The notes under the pieces are model-generated. The model did not search any database, was not told where the DNA came from, and was given only the letters and a program-made list of their open reading frames with translations. Source: Nitrospinales bacterium (GTDB lineage: Bacteria; Nitrospinota; Nitrospinia; Nitrospinales; VA-1). Taken from it: DNA of 64,000 nt. Positions 1 through 11,865 of this stretch are shown here, in pieces; position 1 is the first letter of the stretch; every line of letters starts with the position of its first letter. The translations under genes and the position numbers were made by a program. The stretch lies in NCBI GenBank assembly GCA_965262115.1, contig OZ253496.1, forward strand, positions 1,632,001 through 1,696,000, written 5' to 3'.

Positions 1-1062
1 AAGTTTCTGTCGGAATCGGCGAAAAACTTTCAGGAGCTTGCAAAAGCGGGGCCGGAAGGCTATTTCGGAGTTTACCGCAACCACTCGGCTTGCCTGTGGC
101 GGACGGTGGATCTACTGGATGACCGGGAGGAGGGGCAAGTCTCGGAACAGAACTCTTCGACCTCCCTGTTTGTCAATCTGGCCGTTCCCCTGGCTTTGTT
201 TCAGGGCAAATGGTCCAAAACTCTGGCGAGGCAATGTTTTGATGCTTGCCTGTTGATGAGCCGGAACCGGTTTGAAGTAGTGGGAACCGTGTTAACCGGA
301 TTTTTAGTGACTCGGTTTCTGGCTTTAAGTCCCGAAGAGATTTCCCTATCTGATATTTTGCGGGAGGCGGAAGAAATATGTCGTCAGGCGGAAGCGGACT
401 ATCAGTCGAGATTCCCGGAATCGGAAGACGGTGGGCTTAAGGACTCCAACGCTTTTAGCGGAGCCCTTAAGGGAATGGAGGAAAAATTTAACGAACCGGA
501 TCTTTTGCAATGGCTCCCGGAATATTCTAACTCTTTCACCAAATTGGAAATCCGTCACCCTTCGCAAGGGTTTGTGATGACTTTGCTGCCGCTGGCTTTG
601 TACTGCGTGCTTCACCCGCCGGAGCCGGGTTTCGCTTCCACTCTCACGCATTCTCTGGGTCATGGGCGGGAGACGGAAATGCTGGGGGCCTTGGTGGGAG
701 CTTGGGCCGGAGCGCTGTATGGATTCGATAACATCCCGGCTTCCTGGAAAAGCGGATTGGTCAATGCCAGGGAAATCCGACTGCGGGCAGAGGCTTTATC
801 GGTTCAGCGCAGGAAAAAGGAGCAAAAAGACCTGTTCGATATGGAAGCGGGGCTGACCGCCAAGGAGTTTGAAGAGGGCAAACGCAACCTGCCGAAAGAA
901 ACGAAGAAAGGGATTCAGATAAAATTGCAGGATCTCTGGGATGAGGAGGAAGCTCCCCTCCCCTCGAAAGAGGACAGGGCGGAATGGAGAAAATTCCAGA
1001 AGGAAAAAACCAAGTCAAAGCGGGACCGCCGCAAAAATATCCCCTCAGCGGACGATTTTTAG
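1..1062 (+). CDS. ADP-ribosylglycohydrolase family protein (5' partial)
   Basis: Frame is open from base 1. C-terminal family motif 'GALVGAWAGALYGFDNIPASW', followed by a charged tail. Confidence 0.75.
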   Translation, partial: KFLSESAKNFQELAKAGPEGYFGVYRNHSACLWRTVDLLDDREEGQVSEQNSSTSLFVNLAVPLALFQGKWSKTLARQCFDACLLMSRNRFEVVGTVLTGFLVTRFLALSPEEISLSDILREAEEICRQAEADYQSRFPESEDGGLKDSNAFSGALKGMEEKFNEPDLLQWLPEYSNSFTKLEIRHPSQGFVMTLLPLALYCVLHPPEPGFASTLTHSLGHGRETEMLGALVGAWAGALYGFDNIPASWKSGLVNAREIRLRAEALSVQRRKKEQKDLFDMEAGLTAKEFEEGKRNLPKETKKGIQIKLQDLWDEEEAPLPSKEDRAEWRKFQKEKTKSKRDRRKNIPSADDF

Positions 1063-1239
1063 CCCCCTCCGAGCCTAAAACTGGCGCAAAATCAAATCTC
1101 CCCCTGATCGGGCATAATCCCTTAAATGATTGAAAATAAATGTTTAATTTTTTGCGTTTGGGGTATAATGAGGCATCCCAATTCTGGCTGACTATTAGAT
1201 CGTTGCCTTCTGATTTTCTGATTTTGAAAGGAGAACCTG

Positions 1240-1860
1240 GTGAATATTTTTAAGGTTGCAGCTTTATTTATCTTTTGTTTGGCGCTCCCCACAGGGGTGT
1301 TGGCGGATACGCTGCCGACTGAAAAGCAAATCGCGAAACCTGCAGTGAAAGCTGAAACGGCAAACCCTGCGGCTAAGGCTGGAAAAGCCAAACCCGCCAC
1401 GATGGCCAAGGTAGAGACCGCAAAACCTGTCACTCCAGTGAAGGCAGAGCCAGCCAAAAAGAAGGCAAATCAAGTTGCTACTTCGGCTAACAAAAATGCG
1501 AAAAAATCCAAAGCCCCTGCCAGGGCCAGAAAGAAAAAACCGAAAGGCCTGGTCATCGGCAAAAACCTCAAAGTAGGGATGTCTCTGAGCGAGGCGATCA
1601 AATTGCTCGGCATCACCGGCTCCATAAAGATCAAGCGTGGAACGGAATCCAAACTCGACAGCATTTCCATTGAGTACGCCAACCACGGAATCGTTATTCA
1701 TTCCCTGAATGGCAAAAGGCAGATTGAGGCTTTGGAAATTCTGCCCACGTTTAAGGGAAGCTTTGCTGAAGGTGTTAAAATAGGAGCAAAGGTCTCCCTC
1801 GGAGGGGAGAGGAACTTAATAGTTGAGGAGTACATCCACCTACGGAAAAATATAACATGA
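1240..1860 (+). pseudogene. Secreted Ala/Lys-rich protein, N-terminal part, interrupted by IS3
   Basis: Signal peptide and AKP-rich linker. The stop codon is the TGA of the IS3 left end. A plausible C-terminal remainder (VPQSMNDSLAKYPERG...LYKKR*) lies at 4337-4480. Confidence 0.6.
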
Positions 1861-1922
1861 TCTTCCCCTGAATTGGTGGACACATCGAAAAGTGTGGATA
1901 ATACACTTTTGGAGGTGTTTTT

Positions 1923-2197
1923 ATGGGAACCAAACGCAGGAGTTTCAGTAAAGAATTCAAGTTAGAAGCGGTTCGATTGGTTATTGAAGTAGGCGATAGC
2001 ATTGCCCGGGTGTCCCGGGATCTGGGAATCCGTTCTGCCCTTCTGGGTCGCTGGAAACAGGAGTATGAGGAGGATCAGGGGAATGCGTTTCCCGGCAAAG
2101 GACAGCTTAAGCCGGGAGATGAGTTGCAGCAGTTGCGGCGAGAAAACGCTCGCCTTCGTATGGAGCGGGACATATTAAAAAAGGCGGCAGTTATCTT
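1923..2197 (+). pseudogene. IS3 transposase OrfA
   Basis: 'RRSFSKEFKLEAVRLV...LRRENARLRMERDILKKAA', A6G slippery site; the 3' end is disrupted by the 41-bp insert. Confidence 0.9.
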
Positions 2198-2248
2198 TGT
2201 GATGTCCTCTTCATTTGTCTTCATGCCCCGAAGCAACTGTGTTAAATG

Positions 2249-3390
<1,142 letters not shown>

Positions 3391-3442
3391 ACTACAAATT
3401 CCCCTTATGAACAACATACAAGGGGTACTCGAAGGGTTCCCA

Positions 3443-4252
3443 ATGAGATATCGGTTTATACGGGATCATCGAGAAGCATTTCCGGTAAGCCCGATGTGCC
3501 GGGTTCTGGAAGTGGGACGAAGTGGGTTCTATGCCTGGCTGAGCCGCCCCGAGAGCCTGAGGAGCCGTGAGAAGCAGCGATGGGTTGATGAGATCAAAAC
3601 CGTTTATAAGAAGAGTCGCCAGACTTATGGCAGTCCCAGAATTCATGAGGACTTGAAAGACAAGGGATATGCCATTGGCAGGCATCGTATTGCCTGTCTT
3701 ATGCGCGAGCATGGAATCGTTGCCAAGCACAAAAGAAAGTTCAGGGTGACAACCGATTCCAAACATAATCACCCGGTGGCAAAAAACAAACTGCAACGGC
3801 GGTTTAATGTTGCTGAGCCCGGTCAATGCTGGGTTTCGGATATCACCTATATCCCGACTCAAGAGGGCTGGTTATACCTTGCGGTGACGCTGGATTTATT
3901 CCACCGTAAAGTTATTGGTTGGGCCATGGATCGTTGGATAACCCGTTGGTTGGTAATGAGAGCTTTAAATATGGCAATGAAGAACGGCGGCATGAAACCG
4001 GGATTGATTCACCATTCTGACCGGGGGGTTCAATATGCCTGCAACGATTTTCAAGCCTTGCTCAATGTTCATGGGATAGAGTGCAGTATGAGCCGGAAGG
4101 GCGATTGCTGGGATAACGCCGTGGCGGAGAGTTTTTTCCATACTCTCAAAGTGGAACTCATTCATAACCGGAACTACAAAACCCGTCAGCAAGCAAAGAA
4201 GGATATTTTTGAATATATCGAAGTGTTTTATAATCGGCAACGCCGTCACTAA
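3443..4252 (+). pseudogene. IS3 transposase OrfB (integrase core) with premature stop
   Basis: [15 protein letters not shown] and AVAESFF DDE motifs; RRH-TAA-YLGYLSP. Confidence 0.9.
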
Positions 4253-4559
4253 TATCTCGGCTATCTCAGCCCTGCCGAATTCGAGAAACAGGCCTATGCC
4301 TCTTAACTAACTGTCCACTAAAACAGGGGAAGATCAGTGCCCCAGTCGATGAATGACAGCCTGGCTAAATACCCTGAAAGGGGAATGTATTTTTCCCTCA
4401 AGTAAAACGTGCTGGTTTCGGCGCATGTCTTCGCCAAAAACAGCAAGCTCATCAGCCATCAACTCTACAAAAAGCGCTAGGCGCGCGGCCAACTTGCAAT
4501 AGCTAAGACTGCTGGCAATAATACTCTTGGCTTGCCCGGTTGCTTCTCGAGGCCATTTT

Positions 4560-4637
4560 GTCATTCTGAGGAACAACGTGACGAAGAATCTCGCCTTGCG
4601 CTAACCTGGAGATTCTTCGCTATCGCTCAGAATGACA
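4560..4637. repeat. GTCATTCTGAG...GAATCT / AGATTC...CTCAGAATGAC palindromic REP-like element
   Basis: Inverted arms; related half-copies near 11734, 22770, 25240 and 26898. Confidence 0.8.
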
Positions 4638-4799
4638 GACAACGAGATCACCCCTTCGGAGCAAAAAGGCAAATGAGGGGACATAACACGTACCGCGACT
4701 TGGACAGGTTTAACCACCTCCTTGACAAAGAGGGGTCCTAGAGTTTTCCAGCACACCTTCTTAAGCCGATATAAAGATTACCAGCCAGAAATGCTATTG

Positions 4800-6026
4800 C
4801 TAGCTGGCCCCACGCCGAGTGGAGAGGGCGAAGATGGCGTCGCGGGCTAGTTCAAAGGTTTTAGTGTTATTGCCGTTTCCTGAATGCCGCGCATTTTCCA
4901 GCAACAAAGAGTGAAGTAGCGGGTGTTGGGGCAGGTTGTTCTCCAGCAGGTCTCGGGCTTTATCTTCCAACCCGTGTTCCAAATAAAAGGTAGACAATAA
5001 AAGCACCAGCAGGGATCGGTCTTTCGGGTTTGCGGCTTCCAGAGATTCTTCATAGGTGCGCAAAAGTTCCTGATAGTCATCGGATTCCCTGAGCGCGATT
5101 TGCGAACGCACCAGGCAGGCGCTATCACTGGTTTTTTGGAATCCGGTTTTCCAGATTTTTAACGCCTGCTTTTGTTTTCCGGATTCAAGATAGGCATCGC
5201 CCAATGACAAGTAGGCCGGCAGGCATTGTTCAGAAGTGCGGATTGCCTGTTTAAATTCGGAAATAGCGCTGTCCCGGTTTCCCGCTTGCAGACTTTTCTT
5301 GCCGAGCTCAAAAAGGAATTGGCCCAGATTGGTTTGCTCCTTTTCCCATTCTTCATTGTTTTCCCGTAGAAGAGGCAAAACTTTTTTCTGCAGGATGCAA
5401 ACTTTTTTCCAGTCTTCCTGTTTCAAATAAATGTCACGAAGGTGGAGTAAGGGGGCGGCCGTTCCCGGATTCATCTCTTGCATTTTCTGGAGTAGCGCGA
5501 TTTCCTCGCTTTGGCGGCCGGTTTTGGAATAGGTATCCGCCAGATCAAAGAGCGCATGGATGTTTCGCGGCTCGAGGGCAAGAGCTTTCTTATGAAAAAT
5601 TTCTGCCTGCCCGGGTTTGCCTGTGGCAGACAGGATTCGCCCTATCAGGTTGAGCGCGCCGACATGTTCTGGAGAGGTCTCGATGACCTTTTCGATGAGG
5701 TTTTGCGCTTTGCCCGTCTTGCCGCAGATAAAAAAACTTTCTCCTTTTTCGAACAGGGTTTCAATCCGGCGGTTTCTTTTCTCGATCCGGTTATTTTTAA
5801 AACCGATTTTCCAGCGCGTCAGCGCGTTTTTTAAATTAAAAGTCCAAAACAGGAAAACCGTAACCATCACACCGATAAGGATAGAACCCAATAAAAGCAG
5901 AACGGTGGGTAACTTCAGCGACTGGCTTTGGGTGATGTGAATTACCGAATCATGAGGATTCAGGAACGCCGTATAAATGGAGAGCAGTGCAAAAATCAGA
6001 AAGACGATGATTTGCTTCAAGGACAC
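4800..6026 (-). CDS. LapA-domain/TPR protein (LapB/YciM-like LPS assembly protein)
   Basis: Two N-terminal TM segments followed by multiple TPRs. Confidence 0.7.
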   Translation of the reverse strand: MSLKQIIVFLIFALLSIYTAFLNPHDSVIHITQSQSLKLPTVLLLLGSILIGVMVTVFLFWTFNLKNALTRWKIGFKNNRIEKRNRRIETLFEKGESFFICGKTGKAQNLIEKVIETSPEHVGALNLIGRILSATGKPGQAEIFHKKALALEPRNIHALFDLADTYSKTGRQSEEIALLQKMQEMNPGTAAPLLHLRDIYLKQEDWKKVCILQKKVLPLLRENNEEWEKEQTNLGQFLFELGKKSLQAGNRDSAISEFKQAIRTSEQCLPAYLSLGDAYLESGKQKQALKIWKTGFQKTSDSACLVRSQIALRESDDYQELLRTYEESLEAANPKDRSLLVLLLSTFYLEHGLEDKARDLLENNLPQHPLLHSLLLENARHSGNGNNTKTFELARDAIFALSTRRGAS

Positions 6027-6421
6027 GCCTGGTTCTCCTCGAGCGGGTTTTCGTCATTGATGCTGATGGCCTTGGGGTTCTTTTCCCTTTCGCTCAGGCA
6101 CTGGGTGCAGAATTCCGTGTAGGGGACCACTTTCAGCCGGGCTTCGGGAATAGCGCTTTCGCATTGGGCGCATATTCCATATTCCTCTTCGCTGATTTTT
6201 TCGATGGCCGTGTCAACTTGTTTGAGTTTTTGCCATCCCTGTTCGCCCAGTTCCCCTTCCATCCGACGGTTGTAAGCGCGCGCGGCATCGTCGCTGATGT
6301 CGGCCATTTGTCCGATATCGTTTTCTTTTACATTATGGTTCGACTTTTCAACACCCCCCAGTAGCTCGGACCGGATGGATTCTAATTGGGAACGAAATTG
6401 CGCTAATTTTTTTTTGTTCAT
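6017..6421 (-). CDS. TraR/DksA C4 zinc-finger protein
   Basis: YGICAQCESAIPEARL..PYTEFCTQC motif and DxxDxA. Confidence 0.9.
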   Translation of the reverse strand: MNKKKLAQFRSQLESIRSELLGGVEKSNHNVKENDIGQMADISDDAARAYNRRMEGELGEQGWQKLKQVDTAIEKISEEEYGICAQCESAIPEARLKVVPYTEFCTQCLSEREKNPKAISINDENPLEENQACP

Positions 6422-6455
6422 AGGTGTGGTTTAAAGGTGAAAGGGTAATCTCGGG

Positions 6456-6809
6456 TTACACAAAGGTCTCCTTGATAACAGGAACATCACCCCATAGACG
6501 TTCGAGGTCGTAGTGAAGGCGGACTTTTTTATGGAAAACATGCACTATTAAATCTCCAAGATCGACCACCACCCATGTGCCTCCCGAATAACCTTCTACA
6601 GCAAAGGGTTTATTGCGGGTCTGGTAATACTTGTCGAGGATGGCATCAACAATAGATTGAACGTGAACCTTGGAGTTTCCACTGCAGATCATGAAAGCAT
6701 CTGTCAGGTCCGAGCGGTTCCGCAAGTCCAGGATGAGAACGTCAAAAGCCTTTTTTTCCGCGGCAGAATCAACGGCCAGCTGTTGAAGAGCGCTTAATTT
6801 TTCTCTCAT
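6456..6809 (-). CDS. rsfS: Ribosome silencing factor
   Basis: KKAFDVLILD, WVVVDLGDLIVHVF, YDLERLW; lies downstream of nadD. Confidence 0.95.
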   Translation of the reverse strand: MREKLSALQQLAVDSAAEKKAFDVLILDLRNRSDLTDAFMICSGNSKVHVQSIVDAILDKYYQTRNKPFAVEGYSGGTWVVVDLGDLIVHVFHKKVRLHYDLERLWGDVPVIKETFV

Positions 6810-7496
6810 TCAAACCATAATTGGAGGGGACTCTGTCCGGTATAATTGATGTTTCATAATATAATGATCAACCGCAGGGGGCAACAAATTTTTGATTTCT
6901 TTTCCTGCTTGTACCTTAAGCCGGATTTCTCTGGATGAAATATCTTGTGCTGGAATTTGATATAGCTGTATGGTTTTCCCGGCAACTGGATTCAAAGTTA
7001 CAGGAAGGTTATTATTTTCCAGAGGATTTTTTTTGATTCTCAGTGCCTGGCTCAATTTAGCCGGAAGCACCAGCTGGATGCCTGGCCGTGTGCCTGCCAG
7101 CACGTGGCAAAGTTTTAATATATCGGCAAAGCTTTTCCAGGTATCCATCAACATGAAGGCATCGGCCCCAAGAATCAGAAAAAGATCCCAGTCGGGACGG
7201 CTTTCCTTTAACCGGGATAATGTTTCAATGGTATAAGAAACGCCCACTTTTTCAATTTCCAGCAAATCAATGGAAAACGCGGTTTCCCGCTCAAGGGCCA
7301 ATTCAAGCATGGTAACGCGGTGAAGCGAAGAGGCAGGCCGGTCATGCGGCTTGTGCGGAGACTGGCTCACAGGGATGAACAAAACTTTTTGTAAATCAAA
7401 GAGTTGCATTGTCTGTGTGGCCAGGCCCAGATGCCCGTGATGGACGGGGTCAAACGTTCCTCCCAGCAATCCCACTCGCTTTAATTCGCTATTCAT
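6810..7496 (-). CDS. nadD: Nicotinate-nucleotide adenylyltransferase
   Basis: GGTFDPVHHGH, SYTIETL, ISSREIR. Confidence 0.95.
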   Translation of the reverse strand: MNSELKRVGLLGGTFDPVHHGHLGLATQTMQLFDLQKVLFIPVSQSPHKPHDRPASSLHRVTMLELALERETAFSIDLLEIEKVGVSYTIETLSRLKESRPDWDLFLILGADAFMLMDTWKSFADILKLCHVLAGTRPGIQLVLPAKLSQALRIKKNPLENNNLPVTLNPVAGKTIQLYQIPAQDISSREIRLKVQAGKEIKNLLPPAVDHYIMKHQLYRTESPPIMV

Positions 7497-7594
7497 ATTG
7501 CAAATCGTTTCATAAACCTCTATATATGGCAAGGGATAATGAGTTTATGGAGCCCATTTTTTTTGAAACCCTCTCACTTTTGACAAAACCTGGC

Positions 7595-7625
7595 AATGAA
7601 ACTGACAAATTTTGTCAGTTTCATT
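7595..7625. promoter_or_regulatory. Perfect 15-bp-arm palindrome, likely enhancer-binding-protein (PilR-like) site
   Basis: AATGAAACTGACAAA-T-TTTGTCAGTTTCATT, ~100 bp upstream of a sigma54 motif. Confidence 0.6.
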
Positions 7626-7722
7626 GTGGGACCAAGGTTTAAAATTTTCCCTGAAGAAGAAAAAATTTATAACATATTCAAAGTAAAGAGGTTATAATAA
7701 ATAACCGCGATTGTCATTTAGA

Positions 7723-7738
7723 AGGCATGGGTCTTGCT
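7723..7738 (+). promoter_or_regulatory. sigma54 -24/-12 promoter of pilA
   Basis: AGGCATGGGTCTTGCT with GG-N10-GC spacing. Confidence 0.7.
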
Positions 7739-7807
7739 GAGTAAGCAGGTAACTGTAAATTTTGCCATCCCAAGTTTCTTTTGTTAAACATAACGGAGGA
7801 GTAGAAA

Positions 7808-8200
7808 ATGCTATCCAAATTTAGACGGGTTCGAGGAGAAAAGGGTTTCACCCTGATCGAGTTATTGATCGTTATTGCCATTATCGGTATTTTGTCCGCT
7901 ATCGCGATTCCCCAATTCAGTGCTTACAAGAACAGGGCTTATCAATCGGATGTAAAAGCTCATCTGCATAACCTGTTTCTGGCCTGCAAGGCTTATTGGG
8001 CAGATAAAGGTCCCACGACGGCTTGCGCTCCTACTAGTACCGGTGTTGCTAACGCGACTTATGGTTATGCCACGTCAGTAGATATTGGCTACACGACTCC
8101 TAATACCACAGAGGCTAACTTTAATGTCTCGGCTGTCCACACTGATGATGCCTCTTCTACGTCATACAGCATTGATGCAAATGGTGTGATTACCCCATAG
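7808..8200 (+). CDS. pilA: Type IV major pilin
   Basis: KG|FTLIELLIVIAIIGILSAIAIP prepilin cleavage motif; strong RBS. Confidence 0.9.
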   Translation: MLSKFRRVRGEKGFTLIELLIVIAIIGILSAIAIPQFSAYKNRAYQSDVKAHLHNLFLACKAYWADKGPTTACAPTSTGVANATYGYATSVDIGYTTPNTTEANFNVSAVHTDDASSTSYSIDANGVITP

Positions 8201-8214
8201 GTTTTTGTGACGGG

Positions 8215-8268
8215 AATCCCCCCCCCCCCCCCCCCCGCGCGCGTTGGGGGGGGGGGGGGGATTTTTTT
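8215..8268 (+). terminator. Rho-independent terminator-like hairpin (polyC/polyG stem)
   Basis: AATC(n)...G(n)ATT followed by a T-tract after pilA; homopolymer lengths are suspect. Confidence 0.6.
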
Positions 8269-8319
8269 GCTCGATCCGGTATTATTTCGTTTCAGAAAGT
8301 TAAGGCGGTCCTGGAATGA

Positions 8320-8428
8320 GAGGCCTTTGCATAACCCGAGATTTACCCCATTCTGGATTGCTTCACTACGTTCGCAATAACAGCGCAATCGTTCAGAATT
8401 TCGATTTTTCGACTTATGCAAAGCTCTC
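8320..8428. mobile_element. MITE with GAG(A/G)CCTTTGCATAA-type terminal inverted repeats
   Basis: GAGGCCTTTGCATAA ... TTATGCAAAGCTCTC. Confidence 0.75.
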
Positions 8429-8458
8429 TTAGAATGAAGGAAAACATCCTGTCCCGTT

Positions 8459-10732
8459 ATGGGGTGCCCATGCTGCCAGTCTGTTTTTATCCTGTTCTTC
8501 TACCCGGTTTTGTTTGAAAGCAATACTTTCTTCTTCCGGGACATCCAGAATTTCGCCTATCCCATGAAATGGTATCTTGCCCAGGTATGGGCAGCGGGGG
8601 AGTGGCCCTACTGGTATCCCTACCTGTTTCAGGGCATGCCTTTAATGTCGTTGATGCATCCGGGAGTGTTCTATCCGCCTTCGGTCATATTTTTATTAGA
8701 TAATTTTTCTTTCGCCTTCAACGCTTACTTTCTTTTTCATCATCTGGTCCTGATGGGGTCGGTCTATGCCCTTTGCCGGTATTGGGGCAGGTCGATTCTG
8801 GCCTCCCTCGCGGCATCGCTGACCGTCCTTTTGGGAGGCTACTTTTTGTCGCTGGCCTCGGTTTACAACCAGTTCCAGTCTGCTGTCTGGTTGCCGCTCA
8901 TTCTTATGATGTGGCAGAAGTTTGCCGCTGGCGGCAGGTTGAAATATTTTTGTGGCGCTGTGGTTTTTCTGGCTTTTCAGGTTTTAGGCGGCGGACCGGA
9001 AAACGCGATTTTTTCCGTCCTGCTGGTTTATGCCCATTCGCTTTATCTGGCGCAGGACGAAGAACGGGGGTTCAAACAAAAAAGCCTGGCCATACTGGCG
9101 CTTATTCTGGGTTCATTGGCTCTTTCGGCCCTGCAATGGGTGTCCACCTATCAGTTACTGCAAGAATTAGTGCGTGGCGAGGGACTTTCCTACCTCAACA
9201 GTACCCGATGGTCGTTAGCACCCGATGCTTTGCTCGACCTGTTCCTGCCTGAAAATTTCATGCGTTTTCTCGAAGGGGACGGAGGACCCATGAATTATTT
9301 TATACACAGTTTGTATATGGGTATTGTGCCGCTGTTTTTTTTGTCCGGTTGCCTGTTGGTAGGCAGGGAGCAAAAAGCCATCCGCTTCTGGCTGGTGGTT
9401 TTTGGCGTGGGGGTATTTTTTGCCATGGGCAGGCTCAATCCGTTCTATGCGCTGTTTCATGAATGGGTGCCCCTGTTCAATATGTTCGGTTACCCGCAAA
9501 AGTTCTTTTTCTTTTGCGCTTATGCGTTGGTGTTTCTATCCGCTTTTGCTCTGGACCGGTTTGTCCACGCTATTATCCATAAAAAACCGGAAATGAAAAA
9601 ACTTTTGCTCGCTCTCCTGGCTACTACGATGATGGTCGCTGGAATGTTTGGGGCTCACTCCAACCGCGCCGGGCTCGAAAGCCTGATGATTTTATTGCTC
9701 CTGGCGACCAGCATTTTTGCCCTGTATTTAAAAAAAATAAACCGCGCCGGATTCTTCTCTCTTCTCCTGCTTTTAATGGTGATGGACCTGATGGGCAAAA
9801 ACTCCATGCTGATGCCTATGATCGACGGGAAGTTCTATAGCGAGCCTTCTCCACTGGCAAAACGCCTGGGCGGAGAGGCTGACTCATTCCGCATTTATAA
9901 CGGAAGACTTTTGCAAAAACCGGTGCGCAAAAAGGCTTCTTCTGATCTGACAGAAGCCGGGTCGCCCCAACCCAGGCAATCCCTTTATAATAGGCTGAGT
10001 ATTCAGCTGGCCGGGCGTGACGAGATCCGTCCAAACATCGGGGCGATTTATGGGGTAGCTTATGCCCAAGGGATAGACACCATGGCTATGAAGGAAAGTT
10101 TATATTGGAATGAATTGTTTATTTTGTCTGATATCCCGAAAAAGAAAAGAATTTTAAAACGCAGTAATGTGAAATATTGGGTGACAGAAGACTACGAACA
10201 GGTTCCTTCAGACCAATACCCAAGAGGAATAAAAAAGGTGAACGTGTTTGAAGATGCCCTGCCACGTGCGTTTCTGGTCGGTCAATCCGCAACGGTGCCG
10301 AACAGGGGGAAACTACTCGATGTTTATTACAATGCGGCGTTCAATCCGCTGCGGCAGGTTCTGTTGACTGAGCCGGTCGAGATGAAACAAACAAAAAACT
10401 TTTCCGGCCAGGTTGAAAAGATCGAATATGGCCAGAATCGGGTGCATATTGAAACCAGCCAGAACGAAGAAGGCTTTCTGGTTCTGCTCGATACCTATTT
10501 CCCCGGCTGGAAGGTTGAGGTGGACGGAAAGCCCGAGCGCATCCACCGTGCCAATTATTTTTACCGGGCCGTCCGGTTAGGGCCGGGCAGCCATCACATC
10601 AAATTTTCTTATGAACCCGCAGGGCTGAGAATGGGTCTCACCATCAGTGGCGTGACATTCATGTTATTACTACTAGCCGTAGGGGTAGCGTACCGTAGCA
10701 GGAATGGAAGGCAAAGGGTTAGCGCGGCTTAA
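8459..10732 (+). CDS. YfhO-family polytopic membrane protein (GT-C-like); start uncertain
   Basis: Many TM helices, 'WPYWYPYLFQGMP', C-terminal 'LVLLDTYFPGWKVEVDG..RANY.YRAV'. Confidence 0.85.
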   Translation: MGCPCCQSVFILFFYPVLFESNTFFFRDIQNFAYPMKWYLAQVWAAGEWPYWYPYLFQGMPLMSLMHPGVFYPPSVIFLLDNFSFAFNAYFLFHHLVLMGSVYALCRYWGRSILASLAASLTVLLGGYFLSLASVYNQFQSAVWLPLILMMWQKFAAGGRLKYFCGAVVFLAFQVLGGGPENAIFSVLLVYAHSLYLAQDEERGFKQKSLAILALILGSLALSALQWVSTYQLLQELVRGEGLSYLNSTRWSLAPDALLDLFLPENFMRFLEGDGGPMNYFIHSLYMGIVPLFFLSGCLLVGREQKAIRFWLVVFGVGVFFAMGRLNPFYALFHEWVPLFNMFGYPQKFFFFCAYALVFLSAFALDRFVHAIIHKKPEMKKLLLALLATTMMVAGMFGAHSNRAGLESLMILLLLATSIFALYLKKINRAGFFSLLLLLMVMDLMGKNSMLMPMIDGKFYSEPSPLAKRLGGEADSFRIYNGRLLQKPVRKKASSDLTEAGSPQPRQSLYNRLSIQLAGRDEIRPNIGAIYGVAYAQGIDTMAMKESLYWNELFILSDIPKKKRILKRSNVKYWVTEDYEQVPSDQYPRGIKKVNVFEDALPRAFLVGQSATVPNRGKLLDVYYNAAFNPLRQVLLTEPVEMKQTKNFSGQVEKIEYGQNRVHIETSQNEEGFLVLLDTYFPGWKVEVDGKPERIHRANYFYRAVRLGPGSHHIKFSYEPAGLRMGLTISGVTFMLLLLAVGVAYRSRNGRQRVSAA

Positions 10733-10779
10733 TGAATTCGTTGAATAGAGTTTGTTTTTAAACCCGCAAGGAAAATAAG

Positions 10780-10929
10780 ATGAAGCTGGTCAGTCTACTC
10801 CCTTCGGCAACAGAGATTCTGGTAAAACTCTGGTTGGAGGAAAACCTCGTCGGCGTGTCGCATGAATGCGATTATCCCGAGACCGTCCGGTCCCTGCCTC
10901 GTCTCACTTCCACCCGTGAGTCATCCTGA
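10780..10929 (+). pseudogene. Truncated cobalamin/Fe-siderophore-binding protein (BtuF-like)
   Basis: MKLVSLLPSATEIL...LVGVSHECDYP, ending in a REP-like palindrome. Confidence 0.8.
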
Positions 10930-10994
10930 GCTTGTCGAAGAACGATGCGTAAAATTTTATACTTAGAGCCACCCTTCGACAGGCTCAGGATGAC
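10920..10994. repeat. GTCATCCTGAGCTTGTCGAAG / CTTCGACAGGCTCAGGATGAC palindromic repeat
   Basis: Inverted arms. Confidence 0.8.
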
Positions 10995-11006
10995 GGTAAA
11001 GGTTGG

Positions 11007-11554
11007 TCACAACGCCCGGAACTGGCGGCGGATGGCAAGGAGCATCAGGGCGATGATCGTGGGACCGATCAGGTGTTGCAGGGCAACGATAAACTTTGGC
11101 CCAACGAGGATGCCCCCTTGATTTGAAAGTCACGGTCCCAGCGTTGCAGGGTTAACGCCTGCAAGGTGAGCACAGCGGAACCCGTCCCCCTGAAGACGGT
11201 ATTGCGGTACCACTTCTCCGTTTGCGCGGCTTGTTGACGTGCTACGGTTTTCGGCTCGATCCAGACCCAGTTAATAGAGGCGAACACCAGCCATACCGCT
11301 ATAAAACTTACTAGCGCCTGTTGCCATTTTTCTCCGTAGCCTGAGACGATTTTGTAAAGTTGTGTCAGTGTCAGGTATTTAAAAAGTGGCAAATAGTTGG
11401 ATATAGGTTTTTCCTCCCACGCCAGCATTTGAGCTTTACGGTGTTTTTTCGAAGCGACGGCCTTTGAAATTGACATCGCCGATCTCTTCTCCGTAAAGCG
11501 ATTCCCTCTAGCGAGTTTGTTAAGCGCTTCTTTCTGGGTCAGGGGTTCGGGCAT
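11007..11554 (-). pseudogene. Membrane C-terminal remnant (pentapeptide-repeat/ion-channel-like), frameshifted
   Basis: 'LYKIVSGYGEKWQQAL', with 'IIALMLLAIRRQF' in a different frame. Confidence 0.5.
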
Positions 11555-11646
11555 GGTTGTGGGTTGTTTTAATTCCCCTCCTGACAAGGAGGGGTTAGGG
11601 GAGGTTTATCAAATAAACCCCCTCAATCCCCCTTATCAGGGGGAAG

Positions 11647-11865
11647 TTTGCATAACCCCGGATTACCCCCCTCCGGGGCAAGAATTCAAAGGTCAAATAT
11701 CACTAGCTCAGCATGACAATAAAGGGCTGTTTTGTCATTCTGAGGAACAACGTGACGAAGACGTGATATTCGTGATGGCCTCTTCCTTAAACTTCATGCC
11801 CGGCACGGATATTTCCTTAAACTTTGTGCCCCGCAGGGGTAATCTCGGGGTTATGCAAAGGTCTC
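11647..11865. mobile_element. Composite MITE containing nested 39-41-bp units
   Basis: TTTGCATAACC ... GGTTATGCAAAGGTCTC ends; internal sequence shared with the copies at 22648, 25240 and 26778. Confidence 0.8.

Noticed and set aside
7808..8200. Short conductive e-pilin
   Set aside because: The mature pilin is ~117 aa with a globular C-domain; there is no direct support for conductivity.
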